The translations under genes were made by a program, and so were the position numbers. The notes beneath the pieces were generated by a model, which worked only from the letters and a program-made list of their open reading frames with translations, was not told the DNA's origin and ran no database searches. A stretch of DNA of 63,377 nucleotides, counting the filler, from Candidatus Woesearchaeota archaeon (GTDB lineage: Archaea > Nanobdellota > Nanobdellia > Woesearchaeales > WJIZ01): the NCBI GenBank assembly GCA_018221205.1. It is 4 parts of 4 records of this genome, joined end to end, with 100 filler letters (N's around TTAATTAATTAA, not from the genome) between each part and the next. Parts side by side here need not be neighbours in the genome. Positions count along the whole stretch, not along the records: positions 36,495 to 57,562 come from JAAOYF010000031.1; 3 more parts are not named here. One strand, given 5' to 3'. Below, piece after piece: positions 37,101 to 47,291 of this stretch (its first letter is position 1; the number at the start of each line of letters is the position of its first letter).

Positions 37101-37975
37101 TACCATCCTCTTTTCGCTAATTTCGTATCTAATTTAGAAATCTCCAATCCTTTCATGGCCTTTCCCAGGCCTTCTGACACTCTTGCCAGGACTTTTGCGT
37201 CATCATAATGCGTTGTTGCTTCGACGATAGCTTTTGCCATCTTCAGAGGATTTGAGCTCTTAAAGATTCCGGAGCCGACGAAAACACCGTCTGCTCCCAG
37301 CTGCATCATCAACGAAGCATCTGCTGGAGTGGCCAAACCGCCAGCCGCAAAATTAACTACTGGAAGTTTACCTTCTTTCCTCACTAATTTAACTAATTCC
37401 AAAGGAACTCGCTCTTCTTTTGCGTATTTTTTCAATTGACCATTTGTTTTTTTCTTGAGTTCTTTGATATGATTGAATAAATAGTTCATATGCCTGACTG
37501 CTTCTACTACATTTCCTGTACCAGCTTCTCCTTTTGTCCGGATCATCGCAGCTCCTTCATTGATTCTTCTCAACGCTTCTCCTAAATAAGTGCAGCCGCA
37601 TACAAAGGGAACTTTAAATGGCTGCTTATCCACATGATTATCCTCATCTGCTGGTGTAAGAACTTCTGATTCGTCTATATAATCCACCCCTAAAGATTCT
37701 AAGATCTGGGCTTCTGCAGTATGGCCTATACGGCATTTTGCCATGACTGGAATGGTTACGGAACGTAAGATCTCTTTTATCAATCTAGGATCAGACATCC
37801 TGGCTACACCTCCTTGTGCGCGGATATCAGAAGGGACCCTTTCGAGAGCCATAACGGCTACGGCGCCTGCTTTCTCTGCTAACTTTGCCTGCTCTGCTGT
37901 GACAACGTCCATGATCACTCCGCCTTTGAGCATCTCAGCAAGGCCAGATTTTAGTTTCAAAGTGCCTGTTTTCAT
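37100..37975 (-). CDS. pdxS: PLP synthase lyase subunit
   Basis: [48 protein letters not shown]. Confidence 0.97.
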   Translation of the reverse strand: MKTGTLKLKSGLAEMLKGGVIMDVVTAEQAKLAEKAGAVAVMALERVPSDIRAQGGVARMSDPRLIKEILRSVTIPVMAKCRIGHTAEAQILESLGVDYIDESEVLTPADEDNHVDKQPFKVPFVCGCTYLGEALRRINEGAAMIRTKGEAGTGNVVEAVRHMNYLFNHIKELKKKTNGQLKKYAKEERVPLELVKLVRKEGKLPVVNFAAGGLATPADASLMMQLGADGVFVGSGIFKSSNPLKMAKAIVEATTHYDDAKVLARVSEGLGKAMKGLEISKLDTKLAKRGW

Positions 37976-38018
37976 AAGGATTAGGGTTGACTGGCGATTT
38001 TTAAAGTTAATGGGCTTT

Positions 38019-38678
38019 TCAATTATTTTTCTTGCAGATAAACATGCAATGGTCCTTCTCAAAGGGATCGAGAATGCGATAATCGATGATAGTGAGATGC
38101 TTCTCTAGTTCTTCCCGCACTTGATTGAATATCTGCTTCGGCTTTTTTGTTACATCAACAGAACGGGCCTTGACTGCAATCAATGCATAGCCGCCTTTCT
38201 TGAGGAATCGAAGATTCTTGATGAATATCTCAGCCTGATTGCGCTGGGCAATGTCCTGATAGAGGACATCTACCTCGCAGATCTTATCTGCATAGTTTTC
38301 AGGATGGTTGGCATCTTCTAAAAGGGCAGTCATGTTCTTCCTCTTCTCGCAGAGAAAGACAAATTCCCGTAAAACGCGGGGAGCAGGATCAATGCCAAAA
38401 AGAAATCCATCTTTGCCGATGATATCAGAGACGTGAGAGGGAGTTGTACCAGTAGAACAGCCCAGATACAAGACAACATCTCCTTTTCGTATGCCAGTAT
38501 TGGGGGTTCCTTTCAAGATTGAGGCTGCTAACTTGCTTTTCTCGGGATCCCACCTGCGATATTCGATATTAGCGTCTTTGACAAGCCATTCATCATAGAC
38601 CCTTTTTCCAGGAGTGAGATTCTTGGTATAGATATCTCTCCTTCGCTCATACACTTCGAAAATCTTTGATTTTTTCAT
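38019..38678 (-). CDS. flpA: Fibrillarin-like rRNA/tRNA 2'-O-methyltransferase
   Basis: [40 protein letters not shown]. Confidence 0.95.
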   Translation of the reverse strand: MKKSKIFEVYERRRDIYTKNLTPGKRVYDEWLVKDANIEYRRWDPEKSKLAASILKGTPNTGIRKGDVVLYLGCSTGTTPSHVSDIIGKDGFLFGIDPAPRVLREFVFLCEKRKNMTALLEDANHPENYADKICEVDVLYQDIAQRNQAEIFIKNLRFLKKGGYALIAVKARSVDVTKKPKQIFNQVREELEKHLTIIDYRILDPFEKDHCMFICKKNN

Positions 38679-38703
38679 TTTTTACCTTGTAAAAAATGGA
38701 ACC

Positions 38704-38773
38704 CGTAAATCCTACAAGAATCCATAGATTCTTGAGGTTCAAAAATCTTTGATTTTTGTAACTTTGATTTACG
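38704..38773. repeat. Double-hairpin element between nop5 and flpA
   Basis: CGTAAATC/GATTTACG enclosing CAAGAATC-CATA-GATTCTTG and CAAAAATC-TTT-GATTTTTG. Confidence 0.6.
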
Positions 38774-38778
38774 TTGTT

Positions 38779-39630
38779 TCATTTGAATTTCTCTTCCAGC
38801 TGCTTCTTGAGCTTCTTTCCTAAAAATTCTCCTTTGAAAAAGTCTAATTTGACTGCCATGGAGAGCTTGTCAGCCAAAGCGCGAGCTCTTCTGCCTCGTT
38901 CTTTCTGCGGAGCAGAGGAAACAAAAATATGCTGTAAGATGAGACCGTGTCTTGGAGGACGGGCTCCAGTCTTCAGATGCCTGAACAATGCTTTTTCTGC
39001 GCCTAAGATCTGGATAGTGGAAGCTGGAAACATGACGAGTTTCCTTAATGAACCTGTATGCTCAATCAATTTTGCTCCTACAGTCACTCCTGCCACTTCT
39101 GTCAGATTAGGACAGTAGATCTTCATGATATCTTCAAGATAATCAAGGGTCTCGTTCTTCAATTGGACAAGTGAGTCTATTTTTTTAGCGAGATTCATCA
39201 TCGCATCAAGATCTTTCTTCGGAAGGTCTTTTCCCATAGACACTTTCACATTGGTCTCTTTCAATAATTGCTGTTTTGATTTTCTGGCCACTAATTCAGC
39301 ATATTTCTCATTATTCGCAACTGAAAACTCAGGATTGTAGAGTGCATACCATTCTCGCAGCCTTTTTACCAGTGTATTGAGTACTTTATCGGTCTCTGCA
39401 ACTGTATTGATGGCCTGGCAGATCAGATTATCCTCATTGACTGATTCGCGGATCTTTATCTTCGTCAGCTGAAGATTGAAATCACGTAACTTAGAGAAAT
39501 ACTTGGAATCTTTCGGCAGCACTTCTTTGCTTTCGGTAGATTTGTACTGTGCTGCATCCTTATAGAGCTTCAGCTCTTTCAGGTTTCCTTTTTCCAATGA
39601 AAATTCGCCTATCAGATGGGTGAAATGCAT
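38779..39630 (-). CDS. nop5: C/D box sRNP protein Nop5 (Nop56/58)
   Basis: RLREWY, PNL, PASTIQILGAEKALFRHL, PPRHG; start uncertain. Confidence 0.93.
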   Translation of the reverse strand: MHFTHLIGEFSLEKGNLKELKLYKDAAQYKSTESKEVLPKDSKYFSKLRDFNLQLTKIKIRESVNEDNLICQAINTVAETDKVLNTLVKRLREWYALYNPEFSVANNEKYAELVARKSKQQLLKETNVKVSMGKDLPKKDLDAMMNLAKKIDSLVQLKNETLDYLEDIMKIYCPNLTEVAGVTVGAKLIEHTGSLRKLVMFPASTIQILGAEKALFRHLKTGARPPRHGLILQHIFVSSAPQKERGRRARALADKLSMAVKLDFFKGEFLGKKLKKQLEEKFK

Positions 39631-39702
39631 AGCTTTCTGAAATATGAGGGAATTTTTAAATGTATGCAAAGATTAATAAAGAACATTTTCTCCATTGGAA
39701 GA

Positions 39703-40005
39703 ATGGCTTTCGCATATATCACGTGCAAGGATAAGAAAGAAGCACGGAAGATAGCGCATCAATTACTGAAAAAAAGACTCATCGCATGCGCAAACATCTT
39801 TCCTATCGAAAGCATGTATCGGTGGAAGAAGAAGAAGATGGTGGATGACAAGGAAATCGTCATCATGGCCAAGACATTGAAGAAGCATTATCCCCAGATC
39901 AAGAAGATTGTAAAGAAAATCCATAGCTATGACATTCCCTGCGTATGCTTATTGGATTCAACGGCCAACAAAGAGTACCTGGCCTGGGTAAAAAAAGAGG
40001 TTTAG
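39703..40005 (+). CDS. cutA: Divalent-cation tolerance protein CutA
   Basis: YITC, LIACAN, SMYRW, HSYDIPC, YLAW. Confidence 0.93.
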   Translation: MAFAYITCKDKKEARKIAHQLLKKRLIACANIFPIESMYRWKKKKMVDDKEIVIMAKTLKKHYPQIKKIVKKIHSYDIPCVCLLDSTANKEYLAWVKKEV

Positions 40006-40006
40006 G

Positions 40007-41650
40007 ATGCTGAAGAAGGAAATCGCTGATTTTAAGAGATTCAAAGACATCTTGACAATCATTTTTGAGGAAGGGTTCTCTTTTTTCCTGAGCAACCTTA
40101 AATTACGCAAACACATCCCTCTGAAGAAGCAGCTGAAAAAGAAAAAAATTGCGCTGACGAATGAAAAAAGATTAAGGAGAGTTCTTGAACGGCTGGGACC
40201 GACTTTTGTGAAATTCGGCCAGATCTTAAGCATACGGCCTGACTTTGTCCCTAAGAACTATATCAAAGAGCTTGAAAAATTACAGAATGAAGTAAAACCA
40301 GTGGCTTTTTCAGACATCAAGAGGGCTGTTGTGAGAAGCACTGGCAAGAAGATCGAAAGCACGTTCAAGAGCTTCGATGAGAAGCCATTAGCGAGCGCTT
40401 CAATAGCGCAGGTGCATAAGGCTGTCCTCAAGACAGGGGAAGTGGTAGCGGTCAAAGTGAGGAGGCCTGGCATCAAGAGAGTGATGAGGAGCGACATTGA
40501 GATCATGCATTTCTTAGCAGCATTGGCTGAGAAGCATAACAAGGGCATCCGAAAATATAATCCAGTCAGCCTTGTCAAAGAATTCTCCCAATGGACCGGG
40601 AAGGAGCTTGATTTCAGGAATGAGACTGAAAATCTGCAGCTATTCAAAGAGAACTTCAAGCACAGCACGTCAACCATGATACCAGAAGTGTATCCAAGAC
40701 TATGCACTGAGGAAATTATCGTGATGGAGTTCATCGACGGCATTGAACTGAGCAAAGTGCATAAGCATACGATGAACATCAAGGAAGCCCTGGTGAACGG
40801 CTTCTACTCTGTCTTAGAGCAGGTATTCGTGCATGGGCTGTTCCATGGCGATCCCCATCCTTCGAACATCTTTGTGCTGCCTGACGACCGAGTAGGATTT
40901 GTCGATCTGGGCATCGTGGGGAGATTCGATGATGAACTGAAGAACAAGGCCACTGACCTCTTCATCGCGATAACCGAGGGAGAGACAGAGCGGGTTGTCG
41001 AAAGCCTGATGGACCTGGGCATTGTCGATGAAGGTATAGATGTCATCGGTTTCAAATCTAAAATACGAGAGGTGATCTATCCTTTCACCAGCAGCAGCAT
41101 CAGGAACATCAAGATAAGCAGAGTATTGGAAGAAGTATGGGACACTGCTTTAGATTATGGCATCAGGATGCCGAGGGATTTTGTTCTCATGGGCAAAGCT
41201 ATCGTCACTTTAGAGGGTGTCGGATTATTGTATTATCCTGATTTCAGATTTGCTGAAATGACGAGGCCTTTCCTCAAAAGATTACTGGTCAAACGATATA
41301 CTCCGACGAAAGTGTTAAAAGGAATGTTCTTCAGTCTCTTCGCCATGAAGAAGAGCCTAGAGAAGATCCCTGCACAGGCAACACGGGTCTTAGATAAACT
41401 AGAGCAAGGACGGATAAAAATTGAGATGAAAGATACCGATGTTGAACGATTATCCACGAATATTGACAAATCAAGCAATAGGGTTGCCTATGCGATGATC
41501 TTGGCTGCATTATTAGTAAGCGGCAGCCTGGTGATCAATCTTGGAGAGCCTTTCTTTGCAGGACTTCCTGTGGCAAGCCTGATCATCTTTGGCCTGGCTT
41601 CTGTCATCAGCCTATTCTTATTGGTCTCCATATTCAGAGAGGGACGATAG
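40007..41650 (+). CDS. ABC1/AarF/UbiB-family atypical kinase
   Basis: LGPTFVKFGQ, ASASIAQVH, VAVKV, ELDF, FHGDPHPSN, DLG; C-terminal TMs. Confidence 0.93.
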   Translation: MLKKEIADFKRFKDILTIIFEEGFSFFLSNLKLRKHIPLKKQLKKKKIALTNEKRLRRVLERLGPTFVKFGQILSIRPDFVPKNYIKELEKLQNEVKPVAFSDIKRAVVRSTGKKIESTFKSFDEKPLASASIAQVHKAVLKTGEVVAVKVRRPGIKRVMRSDIEIMHFLAALAEKHNKGIRKYNPVSLVKEFSQWTGKELDFRNETENLQLFKENFKHSTSTMIPEVYPRLCTEEIIVMEFIDGIELSKVHKHTMNIKEALVNGFYSVLEQVFVHGLFHGDPHPSNIFVLPDDRVGFVDLGIVGRFDDELKNKATDLFIAITEGETERVVESLMDLGIVDEGIDVIGFKSKIREVIYPFTSSSIRNIKISRVLEEVWDTALDYGIRMPRDFVLMGKAIVTLEGVGLLYYPDFRFAEMTRPFLKRLLVKRYTPTKVLKGMFFSLFAMKKSLEKIPAQATRVLDKLEQGRIKIEMKDTDVERLSTNIDKSSNRVAYAMILAALLVSGSLVINLGEPFFAGLPVASLIIFGLASVISLFLLVSIFREGR

Positions 41651-42160
41651 ATGCCTTATGCTGTTACCCATGTCTTGCTGACCATCATCGTCATCGATCT
41701 GTACCGAGACTATATCGCCAAAAAAGGCAGCATAAGCCTTCACACTGTCCTGATCGGAGGGATAGCCGGACTGTTGCCGGATATCGATATTTTGGCCGAT
41801 TGGATCCTGAGTTTTTTCGGTTATGGGGTTATGCATGGCACGATAACGCATACACCCTGGTTTGCCCTTCTGTTCCTCATCCCTGGACTGGTGTTCCAGC
41901 ATCGAAGAGAGAAGAAAAAGGCAATGCTGTACTATGTCATCAGCTTCGGTGTGTTCTTCCACCTCTTCCTTGATTGGTTCTTAGGAGGAGGATACCATCT
42001 CGGAGTGATGTGGCTATATCCCTTCTCATTCTGGACGCATAAGATCCATCTCCTGAATATGTTTGGTTGGAATCATGTGCCTGCTGCGTTAGATGCCCTG
42101 ATATTGATCCTTTGGCTGTGGCATGAAGAAGTAAAACATAAGATAAAGGATTTTATTTGA
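41651..42160 (+). CDS. Membrane-bound metal-dependent hydrolase (YdjM-like)
   Basis: TH, LLPDID, HGTITHT, HLFLD. Confidence 0.88.
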   Translation: MPYAVTHVLLTIIVIDLYRDYIAKKGSISLHTVLIGGIAGLLPDIDILADWILSFFGYGVMHGTITHTPWFALLFLIPGLVFQHRREKKKAMLYYVISFGVFFHLFLDWFLGGGYHLGVMWLYPFSFWTHKIHLLNMFGWNHVPAALDALILILWLWHEEVKHKIKDFI

Positions 42161-42821
42161 TCGTTGTGCCGTCGAACTCTTTGCCTTCGAGAATCTTCTT
42201 CAGATTGTCAAGATTCTTGCCGATGATGATCACCGTAAGGCCATAATCTGCAGCTTTCTGCGTGGCGATAGGATCAAAAGGAGTATTCAAGCCTGGAATC
42301 CATTCTGTCCCGACAATCTTCTTGAAGTCATCCCATGTCGAGACTGTTATAGGCTTGGCATCATCTGCCTTTTTAGGGTCTTTGTCATAGACAAAGTCAA
42401 TGTTGGACATATTGACGATGATCTGCGCTTTGAGATTCTTGGCCATCATGACTGCATCGAAATCTGTTGACCAGCCGGGCTTCCAGCCTGAGCAGACGAT
42501 GATCTTCTTATCGGTATCGATCTTCTCTGTAGGGTCTTTGACGATCTTTGCATACACATCCTTGAACAATGATCTTACGAGAACTGCATTCATCTTTGTC
42601 GCCTGGATGCCGATCCAGTCCTTCTGCTCGTCATTGAGATCGACCATCTCAGAAGCAGCTTTCTGATAATTCCTCGCCAATCTTCCGCCGCCGCAGAAAA
42701 TAACGAAGGAGTGGCCTTTCTTGACATATTCCTCGATGACAGTCTTGAACTGCTTAAGAAAATCAATATCTAATTGTTCTGGATAGATCAATGATCCGCC
42801 TAGGGAAATTATCACTTTCAT
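42153..42821 (-). CDS. pyrH: UMP kinase (archaeal type)
   Basis: ISLGGS, GGGRLARNY, PGWSTD, VYDKDP, PFDP, GTTI. Confidence 0.95.
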   Translation of the reverse strand: MKVIISLGGSLIYPEQLDIDFLKQFKTVIEEYVKKGHSFVIFCGGGRLARNYQKAASEMVDLNDEQKDWIGIQATKMNAVLVRSLFKDVYAKIVKDPTEKIDTDKKIIVCSGWKPGWSTDFDAVMMAKNLKAQIIVNMSNIDFVYDKDPKKADDAKPITVSTWDDFKKIVGTEWIPGLNTPFDPIATQKAADYGLTVIIIGKNLDNLKKILEGKEFDGTTIK

Positions 42822-42822
42822 G

Positions 42823-43170
42823 TTATGCACCTAATCCGATGAAGGAAACGCCTACGATTATTAAAACTATCCCAAACCATTTCAGCCTGTTCATCTTTTC
42901 ATTGAGGAACCTCATAGATAACAACGAGACCCAGACATACACCAATGCAACTAAAGGATAGAGGACTGACAGGTCGCCTCCTTTCAATGCTGGGATGAAC
43001 AGGATCGTACCGAGAGCATAAAACAGGATACCGATATAGAGATGATAGTTCGTTATAAGCTTCTTGACATTCCTGGTCAGCTTATGGGAGGCCTTTTTCA
43101 GGAAGATAGGGCCGAAGCTTCCTACCGTGGTCGCGATCAACACTAAGAGGACTGCCCATAATTCAGTCAT
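42823..43170 (-). CDS. EamA/DMT (SMR-like) transporter subunit
   Basis: 4 TM; ALKGGDLSVLYP. Confidence 0.85.
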   Translation of the reverse strand: MTELWAVLLVLIATTVGSFGPIFLKKASHKLTRNVKKLITNYHLYIGILFYALGTILFIPALKGGDLSVLYPLVALVYVWVSLLSMRFLNEKMNRLKWFGIVLIIVGVSFIGLGA

Positions 43171-43535
43171 GCTACCACCGCTGTCTTGCTGCCGACGCCT
43201 ATGGAAACGACGCCTGCGACGATGAAAAAGATACCGAGCCACCTCAAGAAATTCAGGGGTTCGTTGAAGATGAACAATGAAAGAAGGCCTACCCAGATAT
43301 AGGAGGTCGCGATGATGGGATAGAGGACTGACAGGTCGCCTCCTCTTAACGCGAGAATCATCAAGGCTGCGCCCAATGCATACAGTGAGATGCCTATGAG
43401 GAGATTATAATTGGTGAGGATGGCTATGAAGTCGAATGTTAATGTCGCCACACCGAACTTATAGAACACCTGGGCAGTGGAAGTAAGAAAAGTAGTCAGA
43501 ATCATCAAGACGATTGCCCACCACTTTGTTTTCAT
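43167..43535 (-). CDS. EamA/DMT (SMR-like) transporter subunit, paralog
   Basis: 4 TM; ALRGGDLSVLYP; stop overlaps the start of its paralog. Confidence 0.85.
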   Translation of the reverse strand: MKTKWWAIVLMILTTFLTSTAQVFYKFGVATLTFDFIAILTNYNLLIGISLYALGAALMILALRGGDLSVLYPIIATSYIWVGLLSLFIFNEPLNFLRWLGIFFIVAGVVSIGVGSKTAVVA

Positions 43536-43536
43536 T

Positions 43537-45114
43537 TTAATCGTTTGTCAGAATCTCAATGATCTTCGCGTATGTAGGGCGGGTGATGAAGACACCGATA
43601 GAGACACCGATAATCGTCGTTATGGCAAACCCTTTCAATAATCCTGCTCCTGCGAAGACCAATGGCAGCATCGCCACCACTGTCGTGAAATAAGCGCCCA
43701 TGATGATAAAAAATGCTCTTTTGAGCCTTTTTTTCCAGTCATAGATACGTTCTGATTCCCCTTTTAAAGTCTCATCTGTGATGACGATCTGGTCGTCCAC
43801 TCCTGTTCCCACTGCTATGAGTATTCCTGCGATGGCTGCAAGGTCAATATTCCAGCCGATCAATGCTGCTGTCCCTAGCAATAGGATGACTTCGCTCACC
43901 ATAGTGACTACCATAGTGAGGGAGATCTTCAGCTTCCGATATCGGATAAAGATCACCAAGGCGACTGCGAGCATCGCCAACACACCGATGAAGATGGCGT
44001 TGTTGATGAATGCCTCTCCAAGCAACGGAGAAGTGGTGTCGGTCTTGATGATGTTGATCTTGACCGGCAAAGAGCCTGTGATCAATATGGTCTGGAGGCG
44101 CTTCATATTATCCAATGCCACCTGTATCGCATCCTGACGGTTTATCCCTACTCCAGAACCTGAGATGGAGATCTCTGTTACAGCGCTTCCTTTAAGCTCA
44201 GAGCCGATATTCAGCTGATCGACTTCTGCATCATCGAGCACCATGATAAGCTGCTGATCCAGATAGGTACGGCCGTTCTCTTCTGTTATGATATTGAGTG
44301 TCCTTGTGATATCTGCCTGCCTCTCTGCTGCTTCCTGAGAAAGTGTTATCGAGAACCTGAAAGTACAGACAGATCCGCCTTCTGCATCAGAGCAGCCCCG
44401 CTGGGGATCTATCCCTGCGCAATCTGGAGTCCGGCAGACATAGCGGATGTCATCTCCTCCTGTAAAGGCGGTCTTGTTCGCTATCTTTGCCTCGAATTTG
44501 CCCTGCTTTGCCAGCAATTCAGAGACCTCCTCTTTTGTCGCACCTGCTATTTCCACAACGATGTACTGGTTTCCGGTGCCAAAAGGAGGCGGTAGATCAT
44601 CTGACTGCCTTATGATCAGATCAGAAAGTCCATAGACATTGAGCCTTTGCTTCATGTTTGCTATGAGGATATCAATATCTTCCTGAGAAAGCTTCTCTTC
44701 TGGCTGAAGCAATACTCTTGTTCCGCCCTGCAAGTCAAGCCCTTTCCTGATATTTGACTGAGGAGCATTCTGCACAGACAGGCCGAGCTCTTCTTCCAGA
44801 CGCAGATTATAGACTGCCCTGTTGGTAACGATGTTTATGGTCGAGTTCTGCTCTAAGGCTTCGACCTTATTGAAATAGTCTTTAATATCCCTGATAGGGG
44901 TATTGTCGATAGATTCGATGACCTCTCTGGTCATAGGAGGGGCTGTCGGATTTGGAGAAAGAATCCCTGCTTGTGCGGCTGAGCTATTTTGCACCACATT
45001 GCCTATCGCAACCCCTCTCCTCATCGGATTTGGGTTGATGCTGACAATAGCCAAGATGAGTGCAATGATTAAGAAAATCACCCTGAAACTGGTAAAGATC
45101 TTCTTGGCTTTCAT
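43537..45114 (-). CDS. secD: Protein translocase subunit SecD (with PDZ-like insert)
   Basis: GLDLQGG, RLNVYGL, GSLPV, GTGVDDQIVITDE, GFAITT, ITRP. Confidence 0.95.
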   Translation of the reverse strand: MKAKKIFTSFRVIFLIIALILAIVSINPNPMRRGVAIGNVVQNSSAAQAGILSPNPTAPPMTREVIESIDNTPIRDIKDYFNKVEALEQNSTINIVTNRAVYNLRLEEELGLSVQNAPQSNIRKGLDLQGGTRVLLQPEEKLSQEDIDILIANMKQRLNVYGLSDLIIRQSDDLPPPFGTGNQYIVVEIAGATKEEVSELLAKQGKFEAKIANKTAFTGGDDIRYVCRTPDCAGIDPQRGCSDAEGGSVCTFRFSITLSQEAAERQADITRTLNIITEENGRTYLDQQLIMVLDDAEVDQLNIGSELKGSAVTEISISGSGVGINRQDAIQVALDNMKRLQTILITGSLPVKINIIKTDTTSPLLGEAFINNAIFIGVLAMLAVALVIFIRYRKLKISLTMVVTMVSEVILLLGTAALIGWNIDLAAIAGILIAVGTGVDDQIVITDETLKGESERIYDWKKRLKRAFFIIMGAYFTTVVAMLPLVFAGAGLLKGFAITTIIGVSIGVFITRPTYAKIIEILTND

Positions 45115-45998
45115 TTTCTCTGTACGTACCAGACCAACAGACCTGCGTTCTGGATCCATGTGTTGATGATATCAACAATCAGGCCCACTAATAATACAGT
45201 CATGATCTGGCGGATGACCTCTGATTGGGAAAAGACTAACGCGACAATGACTGCTGCTAAAGTTGTTAGGGTCATGGTCATACCGGTCTTGAATGCGGAT
45301 ATGAACGCCGGCTTAAGTTCTGTCTCTTGTCTCTTGAGCATTTTTGTGGTGAGCATGATGTCGGTATCGATGGAATAGCCTATCAGCATCAGCAAGGCTG
45401 CGATGCTTGCTGTGCCCATCTTGATGCCGATGATATTAAGTATAGCTACGGTCACTATGATGTCTGACAATGCTGAAAGGATCACTGCTGCACTCGGGAC
45501 GAAATTCCTGAAATAGAGGAAAACGACAATGCCCATGAAGATAAAAGCCATGATCATCGCCCTGATCGTCTGATTGAAGAAGGAAGTTCCTAACGAAGAG
45601 CCGATGCTCTCAATGGAATAATCCTGCTCTTTCAATTCGGTGTTGAGCTGGTTCTCGATAAAGCCGATTATCTGGGCAAGTCTTGTCGAGGAGAGATCCT
45701 GCGCGTCTGACTCAATCAGGAAGCCGATCTGGCGGGCTGCTGAATTCAATATTCTTATGGTGACTTCTCCGCCAAGCTCACTTTCCAAAGCAGTCCCTAA
45801 GGAAACTTTGTCAAACTGGCCATCATAGAGAATAGTTATAGCGACGCCCCCTTCCAGAGTGATATCACGGTTGATGAAATCTCCTGTGGTCTGGGCCTTA
45901 ATGCCTATCAGAATGAATGCAATCAGTAATATGATAAAGGGGATGTACAGGAATTTTTTGTAATTCTTTAAGTAAAAATCGAATATCTTCTCATTCAT
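45111..45998 (-). CDS. secF: Protein translocase subunit SecF
   Basis: LEGG, IGSSLG, LMLIGYSIDTDI, TGMTMT, NTWIQNAG. Confidence 0.95.
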   Translation of the reverse strand: MNEKIFDFYLKNYKKFLYIPFIILLIAFILIGIKAQTTGDFINRDITLEGGVAITILYDGQFDKVSLGTALESELGGEVTIRILNSAARQIGFLIESDAQDLSSTRLAQIIGFIENQLNTELKEQDYSIESIGSSLGTSFFNQTIRAMIMAFIFMGIVVFLYFRNFVPSAAVILSALSDIIVTVAILNIIGIKMGTASIAALLMLIGYSIDTDIMLTTKMLKRQETELKPAFISAFKTGMTMTLTTLAAVIVALVFSQSEVIRQIMTVLLVGLIVDIINTWIQNAGLLVWYVQRK

Positions 45999-46035
45999 GC
46001 AGGCTATGGTTTAGGAATGGTTTTTAAAGCTATCG

Positions 46036-46096
46036 GAGGTCTTTCAAAGACCTCGGAGAAGAGCACAGGGGGGAACTTCAGGAAATGAAGTTCCCC
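46036..46096. repeat. Tandem hairpins upstream of secF
   Basis: GAGGTCTTT-C-AAAGACCTC and GGGGAACTTCA-GGAAA-TGAAGTTCCCC. Confidence 0.5.
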
Positions 46097-46100
46097 AAGG

Positions 46101-46727
46101 CTAAAATAAGAAGGAAAATAGGCTTGTAATAAAACCGAAGCCGTCAAAGCCCGGAAGGGGGATGAGATTGAATATCCCCAGGAAGAGGTTTATCTTGGCG
46201 AAAGGGATAAGATAGGGAACGTACTTGCTTTTTACCCACTTGTTCTTGACTGCCTGGATAGCGAGGTACCAGAGCAAGAAATTCATGGCCGGACCGGCTA
46301 TAGATACTAGCGCTGAAGGTAGTGGTGGTAATGGTGTATGAGAGACGAAGCCTCCTACGAAAAAGAGGAAAGGAAAACCAACTGCCTTGAGGATGATGAT
46401 GAGCGCGTAGAAACCGTATGGCGCGAATAAGACTGCCTTTGCTCCGAAGAGCATGGCTATGGCCTTGTGAGAGAGCTCATGTAGGATGACTGCCGGTCCG
46501 GCTGCCAGTGCTGCGAACTTTACATTTTCCCATTTTCCATGCTTGTAGAATTTCAGCGGGTCAAAATTTTCAGTCACTGGCTTCCTCAATACATCTGAGA
46601 AGATATAGCCTATCGCAAGGGCCATGATGATCATATCGATGATTTCAAAGAAAAAGGAAGCAGTAAACTGCTGCAGGCCGAATAAGGCAAGCACATCTGC
46701 CCTAGTGAAATTAAGAAGAGATAGCAT
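46101..46727 (-). CDS. M50 (site-2 protease) family metallopeptidase
   Basis: HELSH, AGP..N, FNLIPLPGFDG. Confidence 0.92.
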   Translation of the reverse strand: MLSLLNFTRADVLALFGLQQFTASFFFEIIDMIIMALAIGYIFSDVLRKPVTENFDPLKFYKHGKWENVKFAALAAGPAVILHELSHKAIAMLFGAKAVLFAPYGFYALIIILKAVGFPFLFFVGGFVSHTPLPPLPSALVSIAGPAMNFLLWYLAIQAVKNKWVKSKYVPYLIPFAKINLFLGIFNLIPLPGFDGFGFITSLFSFLF

Positions 46728-46802
46728 AGCACTTTGAGGAATATTTTTCTTTATAAAGTTTGAGGTAGTAAGCTTTATAAAAATCCTGAGTTTCCAAAAG
46801 CC

Positions 46803-47153
46803 ATGACAGATTTAATCGCATTCATCGGCTCTGGCAAAGGGACCATCGCCCATGTCCTTAAGGTAATTGAAGGAGATGAATGGGAGAAAGTATACATCCT
46901 TACTTCTGAAGAATTCAAGAAAGAGGTCCCTGAGGGTGTTGAGATGATCCTCATCGATAATAAGAAGACTGTCTCTGAGATGACTGAGGACATCAAGAAT
47001 GCCCTTACTGGAAAAGTGAAGATCATGGAGAGCGCAGTGAACATCATCTCTGGAGAAGGGAAAGAGCACATGGCCCTTCTGAGTGCGCTTCTTAAGCTGG
47101 GTTGTGGTATCAGATTTGTTGCCCTTACTAAAGAAGGTGTTAAAGAGGTCTAA
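46803..47153 (+). CDS. Hypothetical protein, possible standalone CARF-like Rossmann domain
   Basis: LIAFIGSG..EKVYILTS..AVNIISGEGKEHMALL beta-alpha pattern. Confidence 0.6.
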   Translation: MTDLIAFIGSGKGTIAHVLKVIEGDEWEKVYILTSEEFKKEVPEGVEMILIDNKKTVSEMTEDIKNALTGKVKIMESAVNIISGEGKEHMALLSALLKLGCGIRFVALTKEGVKEV

Positions 47154-47289
47154 CGACTGGTTACGCTCGGTCGACATGTCAGGAATCAAAGATTCCTGAG
47201 CATGCTCAGAAACCTTCAGTTTCTGACACGCAAGATGGGGCTAAAGCCCCATGACGTGGCACGCTGTATCATTAAAGCCACGAACGATG
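47153..47289. repeat. Structured intergenic element, family II, copy A
   Basis: 64-nt core (47170-47233) matches 49233-49296 at 63/64; flanking hairpins covary. Confidence 0.85.
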
Positions 47290-47291
47290 AT

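Noticed and set aside
43171..43242. Poly-Arg N-terminal extension of the EamA ORF
   Set aside because: Alternate-frame read of the upstream paralog's 3' end; the true start is 43170.
47151..47175. Twister-ribozyme-like GGTTAC loop in the family II element
   Set aside because: The remaining conserved twister residues and pseudoknot pairings could not be placed.
47170..47233. Possible CRISPR array from the repeated palindromes
   Set aside because: Only two long copies about 2 kb apart, no regular repeat-spacer periodicity, and no cas genes.
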